A stretch of DNA of 64,000 bases from Nitrososphaeria archaeon (lineage in GTDB: Archaea > Thermoproteota > Nitrososphaeria > JACIWG01). The stretch lies in contig CAVVXT010000014.1 of the NCBI GenBank assembly GCA_963752255.1, positions 128,001-192,000 on the forward strand. Reading direction: 5' to 3'. Made by a program: the position numbers and the translations under genes. Positions 10,096 through 20,459 of the stretch are shown piece by piece. Numbering within the stretch: the stretch's first letter is position 1; each line of letters begins with the position of its first letter. The notes beneath the pieces are model-generated. The model saw only the letters and a program-made list of their open reading frames with translations. It searched no databases and was not told the DNA's origin.

Positions 10096-11043
10096 TTGTT
10101 GGAGATGGCTAAAATTAATCCATTTAAAAGCAAAGACGTGATATCAATTAAGGACTTTTCTAGAAAAGATTTGCTATATCTTTTCAAGAAGGCTGACCAG
10201 ATAGAGAAGATGCCTGACGATATTAGAATGCATCTTCTTGACGGTAAAATCCTCGGATATCTTTTCTTTGAGCCAAGCACTCGGACTAGGTTAAGTTTTG
10301 AAGCAGCTATGTTATGGCTTGGCGGTGGCGCATTAGGCTTTGCAGAACCGAAGTTCTCTTCAGTAGAGAAGGGTGAAAACCTTGCTGACACGATTAGGAC
10401 GGTAGAAAATTACGTTGATGTTCTTGTAATGCGGCATTCTAAGGATGGTGCTGCCAGTTTTGCTGCTGAAGTCGCCAAAAAACCTGTCATTAATGGTGGC
10501 AGTGGTACGGAAGAGCATCCAACTCAGGCTATGTTAGACCTCTATACAATAATCAAGGAGAAGGGTTCCATTGACGGTTTGAAGATTGGGTTATTTGGTG
10601 ACCTAAAATATGGTAGGACGGTCTACTCGCTTCTATACGGTCTCTCTATGTTCAATGTAGAAGTTAAGCTGATATCTCATCCTATTCTGAGGGTTAGAAG
10701 AGAGATACTCTTCGATCTTGAAAGAAAAATGAAGATCTCTGAACACGAGAATGTGGAAGAAGTCTTGCCCGACCTTGACGTCCTCTATGTAACTAGAATT
10801 CAGAAAGAACGTTTCCCTGATCTTGCGGAGTACGAGCGCTTAAGAAGTTCCTATTTTGTAGATCTGAAAATGCTCCTGAAAGCAAAGAAGGATCTAATAC
10901 TGTTACATCCATTACCTAGGGTGGATGAAATATCTCCCGAAGTCGATGGCTCTCCGCATGCAAAATACTTTAAACAGATGCTTAACGGAAAAATTTTGCG
11001 TGCGGCACTTTTGGCTTCGATCCTTAACGTGGATTTCCAATAG
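10096..11043 (+). CDS. pyrB: Aspartate carbamoyltransferase catalytic chain
   Basis: FFEPSTRTRLSF, HPTQAMLD, HPLPRVDE motifs; true start may be ATG 10105. Confidence 0.97.
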   Translation: MLEMAKINPFKSKDVISIKDFSRKDLLYLFKKADQIEKMPDDIRMHLLDGKILGYLFFEPSTRTRLSFEAAMLWLGGGALGFAEPKFSSVEKGENLADTIRTVENYVDVLVMRHSKDGAASFAAEVAKKPVINGGSGTEEHPTQAMLDLYTIIKEKGSIDGLKIGLFGDLKYGRTVYSLLYGLSMFNVEVKLISHPILRVRREILFDLERKMKISEHENVEEVLPDLDVLYVTRIQKERFPDLAEYERLRSSYFVDLKMLLKAKKDLILLHPLPRVDEISPEVDGSPHAKYFKQMLNGKILRAALLASILNVDFQ

Positions 11044-11081
11044 GAAAAGGAAAAATAGTGGTCCCAAGCTAAAGGCAGAGT

Positions 11082-11143
11082 GTGATGAGACTAATCTGCA
11101 CTGAGGGTAGGACACGCCCTGTGAAGAAATGCATCTCAACTGA
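11082..11143 (+). ncRNA. Candidate box C/D guide sRNA
   Basis: C box GTGATGA (11082), 12-nt guide, D' CTGA (11101), C' GTGAAGA (11121), 12-nt guide, D CTGA (11140); intergenic. Confidence 0.7.
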
Positions 11144-11252
11144 GATAAAAATAAGAGTTTTCGTATAGTGCTATATGGTTGAGACAGATAGTAAACGTTT
11201 ATCATGCTAAGGAATAGGTTTAAAAAACCATTCTTCAAAACTAAGAAAGGAA

Positions 11253-11340
11253 GCAGGGGTCGCCTAGCCTGGTCAATGGCGTGAGGCTTAGAACCTCATC
11301 CCGCAGGGGTTCGTGGGTTCAAATCCCACTCCCTGCACCA
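11253..11340 (+). tRNA. tRNA-Leu(TAG)
   Basis: Acceptor GCAGGGG/TCCCTGC, anticodon arm TGAGG-CTTAGAA-CCTCA, long variable arm, GGTTCAAATCC T-arm, encoded CCA. Confidence 0.97.
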
Positions 11341-11422
11341 ATTCCTTCTTCAACGCCTATGTCACATGGGTCTGAACTCGTTTTATCAAATTTAAAATAT
11401 TAGAGATGATGATGCTAAATAC

Positions 11423-12439
11423 ATGAAAGTACAGGTAATAGGTCTAGGCAATGTCGGAAGAAGCCTAATTCAGTTGATTGCAAAAGAAGATGAGCATCTG
11501 AAGTCACTTGGTTTTAATTTGCAATTTGTTTCGATTTCCGACTCAGGAGGCTCTGCAATAGATGAACGTGGTCTTGATCTAAATGAAGTTTTGAAGTACA
11601 AGAAGGTAGGATGGACTGGTTTTAAGAAATATAAAAAAGGGTCCACCGCTCTCGATACCATAAAAGGTATCAAAAGTGATGTTGTAGTCGAATTGACTGC
11701 TTCAACTCCTACCGGTGAACCAGGTCTCTCGCACATTAAAGCCGCATTATCTTCTAGAAAGAATGTTGTTACAGCAAATAAGGGTCCTCTAGTAGTCGCT
11801 TTTAATGAACTTGTTCAAAAGGCCAAAGATAATAATGTTAAACTTCTTTACGAGGCGACAGTCGCCGTCCATGTTCCGGTGTTTTGTCTTCTAAGCTCTT
11901 GTTTTATAGCCGACGAAGTTTTAAAGGTTGAAGGCATATTAAACGCTACAACAAACTTTATAATAGGTGAAATAGAATCAGGTAAAAGCTTCAACGGAGC
12001 TCTCGACGCCGCCATTAAAGCGGGATGGGCTGAAGTAAACTATGCCGATGATGTCGACGGCGTCGATGCAGCGAGAAAGGTAGTAATACTAGCCAATTTC
12101 CTATACCACAAAAACTTTAATCTAGAAGACGTCAACGTTGAGGGAATAAGGAAAATTGAGCCAATGATAAGGGAGGCTACAAAATCGAATAAGAAAGCTA
12201 AGTTGATATGTGAAATAATAAAGAATAACGACAAGATCCGGATGAATGTGTCACCCAAGGTTATACCAATGGACGATCCTTTAGCTACAGTAAATCATGG
12301 TAACATGGGGGTTAAGTTCACTTTCAAGACGTGTCAAGAAGTGTTTGTTTCCGCTCAGTTTACAAGTACCATGCAAACTGCCTACTCTATACTTAACGAT
12401 ATTCTGAAGGTTGAAAAATCCAACTGCAACTGTCAATAG
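11423..12439 (+). CDS. hom: Homoserine dehydrogenase family protein
   Basis: GLGNVG Rossmann motif; VVTANKGPL, YEATV, GILNATTNFI, DVDGVDAARK. Confidence 0.88.
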   Translation: MKVQVIGLGNVGRSLIQLIAKEDEHLKSLGFNLQFVSISDSGGSAIDERGLDLNEVLKYKKVGWTGFKKYKKGSTALDTIKGIKSDVVVELTASTPTGEPGLSHIKAALSSRKNVVTANKGPLVVAFNELVQKAKDNNVKLLYEATVAVHVPVFCLLSSCFIADEVLKVEGILNATTNFIIGEIESGKSFNGALDAAIKAGWAEVNYADDVDGVDAARKVVILANFLYHKNFNLEDVNVEGIRKIEPMIREATKSNKKAKLICEIIKNNDKIRMNVSPKVIPMDDPLATVNHGNMGVKFTFKTCQEVFVSAQFTSTMQTAYSILNDILKVEKSNCNCQ

Positions 12440-12446
12440 ACGAAGG

Positions 12447-12471
12447 TGGCGGACTCGATGGGATTTAAACC
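12447..12471 (-). repeat. Degenerate copy of the tRNA-Arg 3' end (att-like remnant)
   Basis: Minus strand reads GGTTTAAATCCCATCGAGTCCGCCA versus tRNA-Arg GGTTCAAATCCCACCGGGCCCGC (19/23 identical); same orientation, downstream of the tRNA. Confidence 0.7.
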
Positions 12472-12557
12472 ATTGTGGGTCTAAATCCATAACTTAAAGT
12501 TTCCCTTCCGTTCGGATGAAAGTCATGACCATCAGTTCTACACTGCGCCATTTTTGT

Positions 12558-12947
12558 TTACGTTTTCGTTCGCTCCTGACCAAACGTTAGGAACAAAGAC
12601 CATGCCGCTGCTGCAAAGCTAATCGCAGCTAATAACGAATCTCTGAATATTGAAAATGGTGATAGAGGAAATCCAAGCGAACTCTCCACGAAGACCCACG
12701 CAAGCAAGACCAAAAGCAACAATGGGACTACGAAGAATCGAGGCCGAAACCTCTTTACAAGAAAGAAAACCAGCATCGGTATCCCCGCTATCTGCCATAT
12801 CCGAGATATCAGAAGCGCATTGCCCGCGCTATTGAGCAAAGAGTTTTGCGAAGATGCGCCGACATCAACTGGTATCAAGCCTAGGCTGAAGAGTATTGAA
12901 AAAACAAACGTGGCGACAAGCACGTAGGAAGTTACTTTCCATTCCAT
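12558..12947 (-). CDS. Hypothetical membrane protein (about 4 TM)
   Basis: Four hydrophobic segments in 129 aa. Confidence 0.6.
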   Translation of the reverse strand: MEWKVTSYVLVATFVFSILFSLGLIPVDVGASSQNSLLNSAGNALLISRIWQIAGIPMLVFFLVKRFRPRFFVVPLLLLVLLAWVFVESSLGFPLSPFSIFRDSLLAAISFAAAAWSLFLTFGQERTKT

Positions 12948-13330
12948 CCCAGCCGATCTCCTCGCTTGAGGAGAAGCGAGGTTGGCTAAAAGTTTTTTGC
13001 ACCGAGAGCAAAGCGGGCTCGGTGGTTTTCTGACCCTTAATTAAGTGCAGATACCTGATTATTTATTTTTATTATATATTGTATTGCATTCAACTTTTTT
13101 AGATTCCCTATATTTGCGTGCGTGTGCTCCCCGTAAATAAACAAAGGGCTACCTTGGAAAAATTCTAATAACCTCAAGATAGCACAGGAGCTTGAAGATT
13201 TTTTAAAGTAGACCAATTAGCACAATTTTTTAATCCTAAGTATCAGTTAGAAGGAAGGTGTGTTAGTGTGTCCCTTAAATCAGATATGAAAAACTTATAA
13301 ACGATATACGATATAAATCGCTAGACTCCT

Positions 13331-14224
13331 ATGAAAGTTGCAGAAGGCATATATTTTATTCCATGTCCTATCGATGATCCTTTATCTTTCACAGGCTCTG
13401 TTGCAATCATCGGCGACACGATAACTATAGTAGATACTGGAATGCCAAATTCACCTGAACAGGCAATCTTTCCCTTCATAAAAAGCATAGGAAGAGATCC
13501 AAAAGAGATCAAACATATAGTTTTGACGCATTGCCACTTCGATCACGTAGCTGGGGTAGGCGAAATAAGGAAGTTTTCTGGAGCAGAGGTTGTAATACAC
13601 GAAGATGATTACCCATACGTTAAAGATCCTGATCTGATTGATTTGGATCTGAGTTCAAGGTTTCCTGATATTCTAATAGACGAACGTCAGTCAAAATTCG
13701 ATCCAGTGTTGGATTGCAGGATAGTGAAAGATAAAGACATTTTGAAGTTTAGTGGCCACGAATTTCGGATCGTACATGTTCCAGGCCACTCGGCTGGATC
13801 GATATGTTTTGTAGAATCTAAACTTGGAGTGTACATTGCTGGAGATTCGGTTCAGGGAAAAGGAGGCGGTACAAGTCCTTTTATTTTCTATAATGCTGAA
13901 AGATACGTTAGGTCGATGGAAATGCTAAGGCATGAGCGTATCAATTTCCTTGTTCTCGCGCATCCGTTTGCCCCTTTCTATAAGGGTGTATTATCAGGGG
14001 AGCAATGCCAGATTTATGTGGAGGCAAGCATTAAAGCAGTGAATGAATTGTCTTCTAAAGTTCTCCAGGTACTCCATAAAGCTCAGAAGCCAATGAGCCT
14101 TACTGAAATATATCAAAAGCTTCCAAACACTGTTGAAGTAACTGTCGGCTCTATTCTAGAGAAGCTTCTCTCGGAGAAAGTTGTATCGGTGTCTAAAGAT
14201 ACTCTACAGTGGTCTTCATATTAG
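13331..14224 (+). CDS. MBL-fold metallo-hydrolase with a probable C-terminal wHTH
   Basis: THCHFDH, PGHSAGS, AGD and AH motifs. Confidence 0.88.
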   Translation: MKVAEGIYFIPCPIDDPLSFTGSVAIIGDTITIVDTGMPNSPEQAIFPFIKSIGRDPKEIKHIVLTHCHFDHVAGVGEIRKFSGAEVVIHEDDYPYVKDPDLIDLDLSSRFPDILIDERQSKFDPVLDCRIVKDKDILKFSGHEFRIVHVPGHSAGSICFVESKLGVYIAGDSVQGKGGGTSPFIFYNAERYVRSMEMLRHERINFLVLAHPFAPFYKGVLSGEQCQIYVEASIKAVNELSSKVLQVLHKAQKPMSLTEIYQKLPNTVEVTVGSILEKLLSEKVVSVSKDTLQWSSY

Positions 14225-14611
14225 TGTCTCCTTATGCAATACTCTCTAACAAAGTCTTTTTTCAAAACCAGTCTGGGACTTTGAGTTACCTTAACTTAAA
14301 TAGACATTAATGTTATCGACAAACAACAGATTTTCGATGTAGACAAGGATCTAAAGTATCCGAATTTGATCGTGCATGTTACAGGTTTCAGTAAACACTT
14401 TGTCAGTTTATTGAATTTCGAGGAAACTGGAAGAACATATAAAAAAAAGGTAGACAATTATGAAAAATGGAGGGAATGGTGGAAACCACTTATCTTGAAG
14501 ACAATTGAAGATGGAAGGGCAAGTTTTGATATGAATAAATCAGTTGAAGGGGATGATATGGATGGTATTAAGCCTGAGGGTAGTAGTAAGGATTAACGGA
14601 GGGGATGAATA

Positions 14612-15001
14612 GTGTTAAGTAGAATCGAACTTTTCTTCTTAAAGGGAGAGCTGAACGTTGTGGGAAATGTTAACTATGAACGTGTGTTGACTTGCAGGAT
14701 AAAGAAGAAGGTAGAAAAGGGGATGAGGGAGTTGGAGGAGACAGTACCACTATTATCTCTAAAGCCACAGCTGAGGGAGTGGATAGGCAATTATGGAATT
14801 GCTGTAATCGAAAAAAAAGAGTATAGTATAGATGGAGGGGAAATGAATCTCTCTCAAAGCGTTAAAGCGGGCCCGGTGGGATTTGAACCCACGGTCCCCG
14901 GCTTCGCAGGCCGATGCCTTAATCCGTACTGGGCCACGGGCCCATATCTCATTCTCACTATTTCCTTAAAAATGCTATCATGTATTTTCACAGACTTCTA
15001 A
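14612..15001 (+). CDS. Hypothetical protein running antisense through tRNA-Arg
   Basis: RBS-like GGAGG upstream; basic helical N-terminus; C-terminus is simply the antisense tRNA. Confidence 0.4.
   Translation: MLSRIELFFLKGELNVVGNVNYERVLTCRIKKKVEKGMRELEETVPLLSLKPQLREWIGNYGIAVIEKKEYSIDGGEMNLSQSVKAGPVGFEPTVPGFAGRCLNPYWATGPYLILTISLKMLSCIFTDF
14868..14943 (-). tRNA. tRNA-Arg(GCG)
   Basis: Reverse complement GGGCCCGTGGCCCAG...TCGGC-CTGCGAA-GCCGG...GGTTCAAATCCCACCGGGCCCG; CCA not encoded. Confidence 0.96.
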
Positions 15002-15151
15002 GATGAGTTTAGATTTGTCTATTTTATTCTGCTCCGACCGGTTAACATATTATCTAAGTTGGGGACGTTTAATCGCTTTAGTTCCTTAATTAAATCGGAA
15101 AACGTTCACCACTTTGGGTCAATCAAAAAAAGCTGATTAGAAAAGTTAATT

Positions 15152-15490
15152 CTAAAGAAAACGTGCTTTCTTTAACTCTCCGTTGACTTTGTTAAATTCT
15201 TTGAAGGTGTCTTTTAGTGAAATCGGCGCCTTTCTCTGCATATATTTACCTGAAATAAAAAGGGCCCATCCAACCGCATCTGATATTGTCGGATCGGGCA
15301 ACGCTACCAAAGCGATGCCGAAGTTAGAAATTTTTTTGCCAACATTTGTTGAATGAGTAATGTTATACACTCTGGGCTTTAGAGAATTCGAGTCTATACA
15401 AGAACCTGTTTTTTTTAAAAAAGAATAATGTTCATCATATTCAGTAGACACTTTTTTAATTTTATTGACCTTGTCTGAGGGCTTGTGCAT
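15152..15490 (-). CDS. Hypothetical protein with a hydrophobic hairpin
   Basis: 112-aa ORF containing GIALVALPDPTISDAVGWAL. Confidence 0.6.
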   Translation of the reverse strand: MHKPSDKVNKIKKVSTEYDEHYSFLKKTGSCIDSNSLKPRVYNITHSTNVGKKISNFGIALVALPDPTISDAVGWALFISGKYMQRKAPISLKDTFKEFNKVNGELKKARFL

Positions 15491-15579
15491 TATTGTACGT
15501 GAATATATTGTCTGTTAATTAAATCACTAAAGGTTCGAAAAATATGGTTTAACGTCAAAAAAATTTTAGCATAAAAAAA

Positions 15580-17163
15580 TTATTGTTCATCAAGTGTTGA
15601 GAGCAGTATGGTTCTTGCTTTATCAATACCTAAGTCGACAAGGTATGGACCTAGTCTTGGACCACTTTCCGTACCTAACAGAATTCTATATAGGAGCTTG
15701 AAGAAATCCTTCGGTTCCAACGAATGTTTTCTTGCTACCTCGAAAACCGCGAACTGTATCTGTTTGGGATCTAGTGTATTAAGGCTTTCCAGGAATTCGT
15801 TCACAAGCTGTTTTTCGCTATCATTTAGGAACACCTTCTTTCTCTCGACTGCCTGCATTTCTTTAGACCATTTTAGTGCCATTCCAATTTTCTGTGTTAG
15901 TCCTGGGTCTACTTCCTTTATCATCCCATACTGCTTAAGCTTGTTGCTTACATATTCTATTTCTTTACCTTCAGGTGCAACTGCGCACAGCTGTACGAGT
16001 AGAGAATATGGAACATGCTGTGAAGGTTTTTCCGGAGGACGTAGTAGGTTGATGTACTCGTACAGCCCCTTTGTCTTGGCGTCCTTCATGTCCTCGGACT
16101 CCTTTTTACTAAAATAGAACTGCTCCAATTGATCCACTTCGTCCATATAGGTCGGTATATCCGAAACTGAAAGAGTCCTCGTACCAACTATTCTCTTGTA
16201 GAGTAAAAGTAAAAGCGATTGAGTTGTCCCATACTCCAACCATGTCTGGGGAGTGAAGACGTTTCCCGCCGACTTGGATATCTTCTTCCCTCCTTTATCC
16301 AGGAACATTTCATATCTGACGTGATATGGGTGAGGATAGTTCAAGATGTTGTCAGACACCCAGTCATTGACCTTAACCGAATCGGCGATGTCTTTACCGT
16401 ATGCTTCATATCTTATATCGAGAGCAGCCCACCTTGCTGCGAACTCAACCTTCCAAGCAAGCTTACCGTGAGCTTCTGTAACCCTTACCTCGCCTTTATG
16501 GCCGCATCCTTGTATAAATTTCTTCCTTATCTCAGCTCCTTCACATTTGTATGACACTTTTTGGCTGCCTTTATCGTAGCTTATAGCTTTTGGAAGATAT
16601 ATTCTGCCACAATTTTCGCATATCGGAAAATATGGTAGCTGTTCTTCATATTTAGTTTGCCCTGTTATTTCTTCAATAGCTTTACCTATCGCATCCACTT
16701 TTTCTAAAATTTTCACTATCTGGGAATTGTAAGCGCCTCTACTATAGGCGTCGTGTCCGCTCATGAATGTATACTTGATGCCGCACATGTCCATGGCGTC
16801 CATAAGCATGGAGCTCATGTGTGACCCATAGCTTTCATGGCATTTGAAAGGATCAGGTATCGTAGAGACAGGATACGCTAAATAGTTGCTTAACCAATCG
16901 GGCAGACCGTAGGGTACCTTTCTGAGCCCGTCCATATCGTCTGAGAAGGCTATAAATTCTGACTTGTATCCAAGATTTTCTATGGCAAACTGAACAGCCG
17001 CTGCTCTTGCGGCATCCGCTAAACTGCCTACGTGGGGAATGCCGGAAGCGCCGAGCCCGCTCTCGACACGTATTAGATTCAGCGGCCTGTTAAGGCTCTT
17101 CTCTCTCTCAATAACCTTATAACCTACTAGGTCTATCCATGTACCTTTCCCTATTATTCTCAT
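15580..17163 (-). CDS. lysS: Lysine--tRNA ligase, class I
   Basis: SGLGASGIPHVGS (HIGH-like), GKLAWKVEFAARW, KISKSAGN (KMSKS-like), SGPRLG. Confidence 0.96.
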   Translation of the reverse strand: MRIIGKGTWIDLVGYKVIEREKSLNRPLNLIRVESGLGASGIPHVGSLADAARAAAVQFAIENLGYKSEFIAFSDDMDGLRKVPYGLPDWLSNYLAYPVSTIPDPFKCHESYGSHMSSMLMDAMDMCGIKYTFMSGHDAYSRGAYNSQIVKILEKVDAIGKAIEEITGQTKYEEQLPYFPICENCGRIYLPKAISYDKGSQKVSYKCEGAEIRKKFIQGCGHKGEVRVTEAHGKLAWKVEFAARWAALDIRYEAYGKDIADSVKVNDWVSDNILNYPHPYHVRYEMFLDKGGKKISKSAGNVFTPQTWLEYGTTQSLLLLLYKRIVGTRTLSVSDIPTYMDEVDQLEQFYFSKKESEDMKDAKTKGLYEYINLLRPPEKPSQHVPYSLLVQLCAVAPEGKEIEYVSNKLKQYGMIKEVDPGLTQKIGMALKWSKEMQAVERKKVFLNDSEKQLVNEFLESLNTLDPKQIQFAVFEVARKHSLEPKDFFKLLYRILLGTESGPRLGPYLVDLGIDKARTILLSTLDEQ

Positions 17164-17204
17164 CTATATAGGGGAAAAATTAGGGATGTAATAAAGAATT
17201 TGCT

Positions 17205-19385
17205 TTACCTGTAGTACGGTTTTATCTCCTTTTCCGGTATCTTTCCTTCTTTTGTAGAGCGAACTCTATTTATCGCTTCATCAACATGTTTCTGTGTTAT
17301 GATAGCCTCATCGGCGTGCTTCTTAGCGTCTTCAGGTGAAGGATACCTTGAGATGTACTCTTGAACAATTTGTGACACCGCAGTATTCGCCACCGACGCA
17401 AGATCAGCTCCTGAGAAACCATCGGTCGCGTCAGCGATCCTCTCGATATTAATTTCTGGAGCAAGAGGCTTACCTTTGAAATGTATCTCAAGAATCTGTT
17501 TCCTCGCATCCTTGTCTGGTAGAGGAACAAATATTAGTTTGTCGATACGTCCGGCCCTAAGCAGTGCGGGATCAACCATGTCTATGCGGTTCGTTGCCCC
17601 AAGGACGATAACGTCGTGAAGCTCCTGTATTCCGTCAAGTTCTGTCAGCAGCTGGCTGACGACCCTCTCTGTTACCATGCTTTCTCCTAGACCATACCCT
17701 CTGACCGGAGCCAGTGAATCGATTTCATCAAAGAAGATTATACACGGCGCAGCCTGTCTACCTTTTCTGAATACTTCACGTATGCCCTTTTCTGATTCAC
17801 CCACCCATTTTGATAAGATCTCCGGTCCTCTGACACTGATGAAGTTGACCTCACTCTCTGTCGCGACTGCTTTAGCCAACATGGTCTTGCCTGTGCCTGG
17901 TAAACCCCATAACAGCATCCCTTTTGGCATCACGTACCCGACTTTCTTGTAGACTTCAGGGAAACGTAGAGGCCATTCAACCGCCTCCTGAAGCTCCTTC
18001 TTTACACTCTCAAGTCCACCTATTTCAGCCCATTTAACGTTAGGTGTCTCCAAGAACACTTCCCTTAGTGCGGAAGGCTGCACATCTTTCAAAGCCTTCT
18101 CGAAATCGGACATCGTAACTTGCAGCTTCATCAGCGTTTCATAGTTTAATCTTTCCTCTTCAAGTTTAAGCTCGGGCAGAACCCTTCTAATAGCCTTCAT
18201 GCCGGCTTCTTTGCAGAGGTACTCCAGGTCCGCCCCTACAAAACCATGTGTAATAGCGGCGAATCTTTCGATGTCAACATCTTCCGCGAGAGGCATGTTC
18301 CTTGAATGGATCTGTAAGATCTCTAACCTTCCCTTCTTGTCAGGAACTTTTAACTCAATTTCCCTATCAAAGCGGCCAGGTCTTCTTAATGCAGGATCAA
18401 TCGCATTAGGTCTATTCGTTGCTGCTATGACTATAACCTTTCCTCTTGCCTCAAGACCATCCATAAGTGATAAAAGCTGGCTTACTACTCTTCGTTCAAC
18501 CTCTCCGGTAACTTCTTCACGTTTAGGTGCTATAGAATCGATTTCGTCGATAAAGATTATAGATGGAGCCTTCTCTTTAGCTTCCTTGAATATCTCCCTT
18601 AATCTTGCTTCTGATTCGCCGTAATATTTACTCATTATTTCGGGTCCACCAATACTGGCAAAGTTTGCGTTGCTTTCATTTGCAACCGCTTTAGCCAGCA
18701 ATGTTTTACCTGTTCCCGGTGGGCCAAATAGCAATACACCCTTTGGAGGCTCTATTCCTAGGCGCTCGAAGATTTCAGGATGTCTTAGGGGTAACTCTAT
18801 CATTTCACGCACTTTCTGTATTTCATCCTTAAGACCGCCTATGTCTTCGTATGTGATTTGCGGAACACCCTTCAAGGCCTCCCCTCTTTCTGAGATCACA
18901 AACTCGGTTCTCTTGGTAATTACAACAGAATCCACATTTGGAGCAATTGAGATTACGTTGAAGATCAACTTACTGCCAAAATATGGGACCATAATATTGT
19001 CTCCTTTTGTAACAGCAAGACTCTCAAGAACTTCTGCAAAGTACCTTTTATCTAAAGGAGGATAACCTTCAGGTGGTATAAGAGTGATCTTTTCCGCTGG
19101 AAGGGCATTAATTTTCCTTACCATGACCGTGTCTCCTAAAGGAACATCTGCGTTATTTCGTGTGATACCATCGATTCTTATGATGTCTTTTCCTTCATCG
19201 GATGGGTGCACTGGAAGAACTTTTGCAACAGTTTTCTTTCTACCTCTAATTTCTATTACGTCACCTGTATGAGTTTGTAGAAGGTCCATAATTGAATAGT
19301 CTACCCTAGCTATTCCACGGCCTACATCGCGTGTATAAGCCTCCATAACCTGAAGTTTTATTAAATCGCTCATGTCCGTCACCAC
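17205..19385 (-). CDS. cdc48: CDC48/VAT AAA+ ATPase
   Basis: N-domain plus two AAA modules ([26 protein letters not shown]). Confidence 0.96.
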   Translation of the reverse strand: MVTDMSDLIKLQVMEAYTRDVGRGIARVDYSIMDLLQTHTGDVIEIRGRKKTVAKVLPVHPSDEGKDIIRIDGITRNNADVPLGDTVMVRKINALPAEKITLIPPEGYPPLDKRYFAEVLESLAVTKGDNIMVPYFGSKLIFNVISIAPNVDSVVITKRTEFVISERGEALKGVPQITYEDIGGLKDEIQKVREMIELPLRHPEIFERLGIEPPKGVLLFGPPGTGKTLLAKAVANESNANFASIGGPEIMSKYYGESEARLREIFKEAKEKAPSIIFIDEIDSIAPKREEVTGEVERRVVSQLLSLMDGLEARGKVIVIAATNRPNAIDPALRRPGRFDREIELKVPDKKGRLEILQIHSRNMPLAEDVDIERFAAITHGFVGADLEYLCKEAGMKAIRRVLPELKLEEERLNYETLMKLQVTMSDFEKALKDVQPSALREVFLETPNVKWAEIGGLESVKKELQEAVEWPLRFPEVYKKVGYVMPKGMLLWGLPGTGKTMLAKAVATESEVNFISVRGPEILSKWVGESEKGIREVFRKGRQAAPCIIFFDEIDSLAPVRGYGLGESMVTERVVSQLLTELDGIQELHDVIVLGATNRIDMVDPALLRAGRIDKLIFVPLPDKDARKQILEIHFKGKPLAPEINIERIADATDGFSGADLASVANTAVSQIVQEYISRYPSPEDAKKHADEAIITQKHVDEAINRVRSTKEGKIPEKEIKPYYR

Positions 19386-19390
19386 TATTA

Positions 19391-19903
19391 CTAAATGATG
19401 TTTATATTTGTAAACCCGTCTTTAAATTCCTTAAGTTTAAATTTTACAGTCAAGATTCCGTTCTTGAATGCACTTAATGCAGAAGACGTCTCCACTTCCG
19501 AATCAAGAATTACTTCTGCATTATATGATCGATCTTCGTTCTTGGCATCAAGCACCAGTTTATTCGTTGAAGATTTAAGCTGTATTTCTTCCTTTTCAAT
19601 TCCTGGCAATTCGAAGATAACAACGAGCTCCTTCCTTTCCTTATCAATGTACTGATCGTAAAAGGGAGTCCTTACGTCTTTAGATTGCATAAGGCTGTCT
19701 CCAAATTTCGTTAACTTCGGCATGCCATTATCATTCATCTGTATTGAAAAGCCATAAAATCTTGGTTTATCAAGTTCCTTTACATCCTCACTTCTGAGAA
19801 GTATTCTCATCGATTTCTCAACGTCCTCCAGAGCGTTATCTATCATCTCTTCCAGTTCTTCAAAGAAGTCTTCATATTTTTTATTGTTGCTTTCCTCTTC
19901 CAT
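19391..19903 (-). CDS. hsp20: Small heat shock protein Hsp20
   Basis: YGFSI, ELPGIEKEEI, FKNGILTV alpha-crystallin motifs; upstream of cdc48. Confidence 0.92.
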   Translation of the reverse strand: MEEESNNKKYEDFFEELEEMIDNALEDVEKSMRILLRSEDVKELDKPRFYGFSIQMNDNGMPKLTKFGDSLMQSKDVRTPFYDQYIDKERKELVVIFELPGIEKEEIQLKSSTNKLVLDAKNEDRSYNAEVILDSEVETSSALSAFKNGILTVKFKLKEFKDGFTNINII

Positions 19904-19914
19904 TTCTTACCACC

Positions 19915-19948
19915 GGTTAATTAACCAAAGGTTAACTTTATAAAGGTT
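19915..19948. promoter_or_regulatory. Palindromic heat-shock operator in the divergent promoter
   Basis: GGTTAATTAACC overlapping TTAAC-CAAAG-GTTAA, next to a TTTATAAA TATA box; resembles the Archaeoglobus HSR1 site CTAAC-N5-GTTAG. Confidence 0.65.
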
Positions 19949-19964
19949 TCTCTATCATATACTG

Positions 19965-20412
19965 TTGATGGGTAAGGATAGCATCAAACAGCTCTTCCAA
20001 ATTATCGGAACATACAATAGGTTCAAAATGTTAGAGATGCTTTGCAAGAAACCATTGACAATGAATGAATTAGCTAAAATGCTTAACATCTCTGTACCGG
20101 CAGTTTTAAAAAATCTTACAACGTTAGAGGGAATAGAGATTGTAGCCTCCAGAAAATATTGAAGGTACAGAAGGTCGGCCAAGGAAGGTCTATTATCTGA
20201 CCCAGAAGGTCATTCCAAAGATCATTATTGATGACGAAATTGAGGCGATTGAATTCTACAGAGTGAAGCCAAAACCTGGAAAAGAGGAGGTTGTAGATAA
20301 AAAAGACCTTGAATTAAGAAAGACAGTGCTTAAAATAAAGTTGAAAAGATTGGAGAGGAAGAGGTTAAAGATCATTAAAGAACTTGAAAGATTAGATAAT
20401 GTTAGGATGTAG
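19965..20412 (+). pseudogene. ArsR/HSR1-like heat-shock regulator, frameshifted near 20155
   Basis: The HTH (RFKMLEML..PLTMNELAKMLNISVPAVLKNLTTLE) continues in another frame as GRPRKVYYLT...coiled coil to TAG 20412; one extra A in an A-run. Confidence 0.8.
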
Positions 20413-20459
20413 TTCCCCGATCAAGTTTATAAGATAAATCTGAACCAAGGTCCTAATGA

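Larger units (their letters stand above)
12447..14890. mobile_element. Decayed tRNA-Arg-integrated island
   Basis: Bounded by the tRNA-Arg 3' end and its degenerate direct repeat; cargo is accessory ORFs; no integrase visible. Confidence 0.5.
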
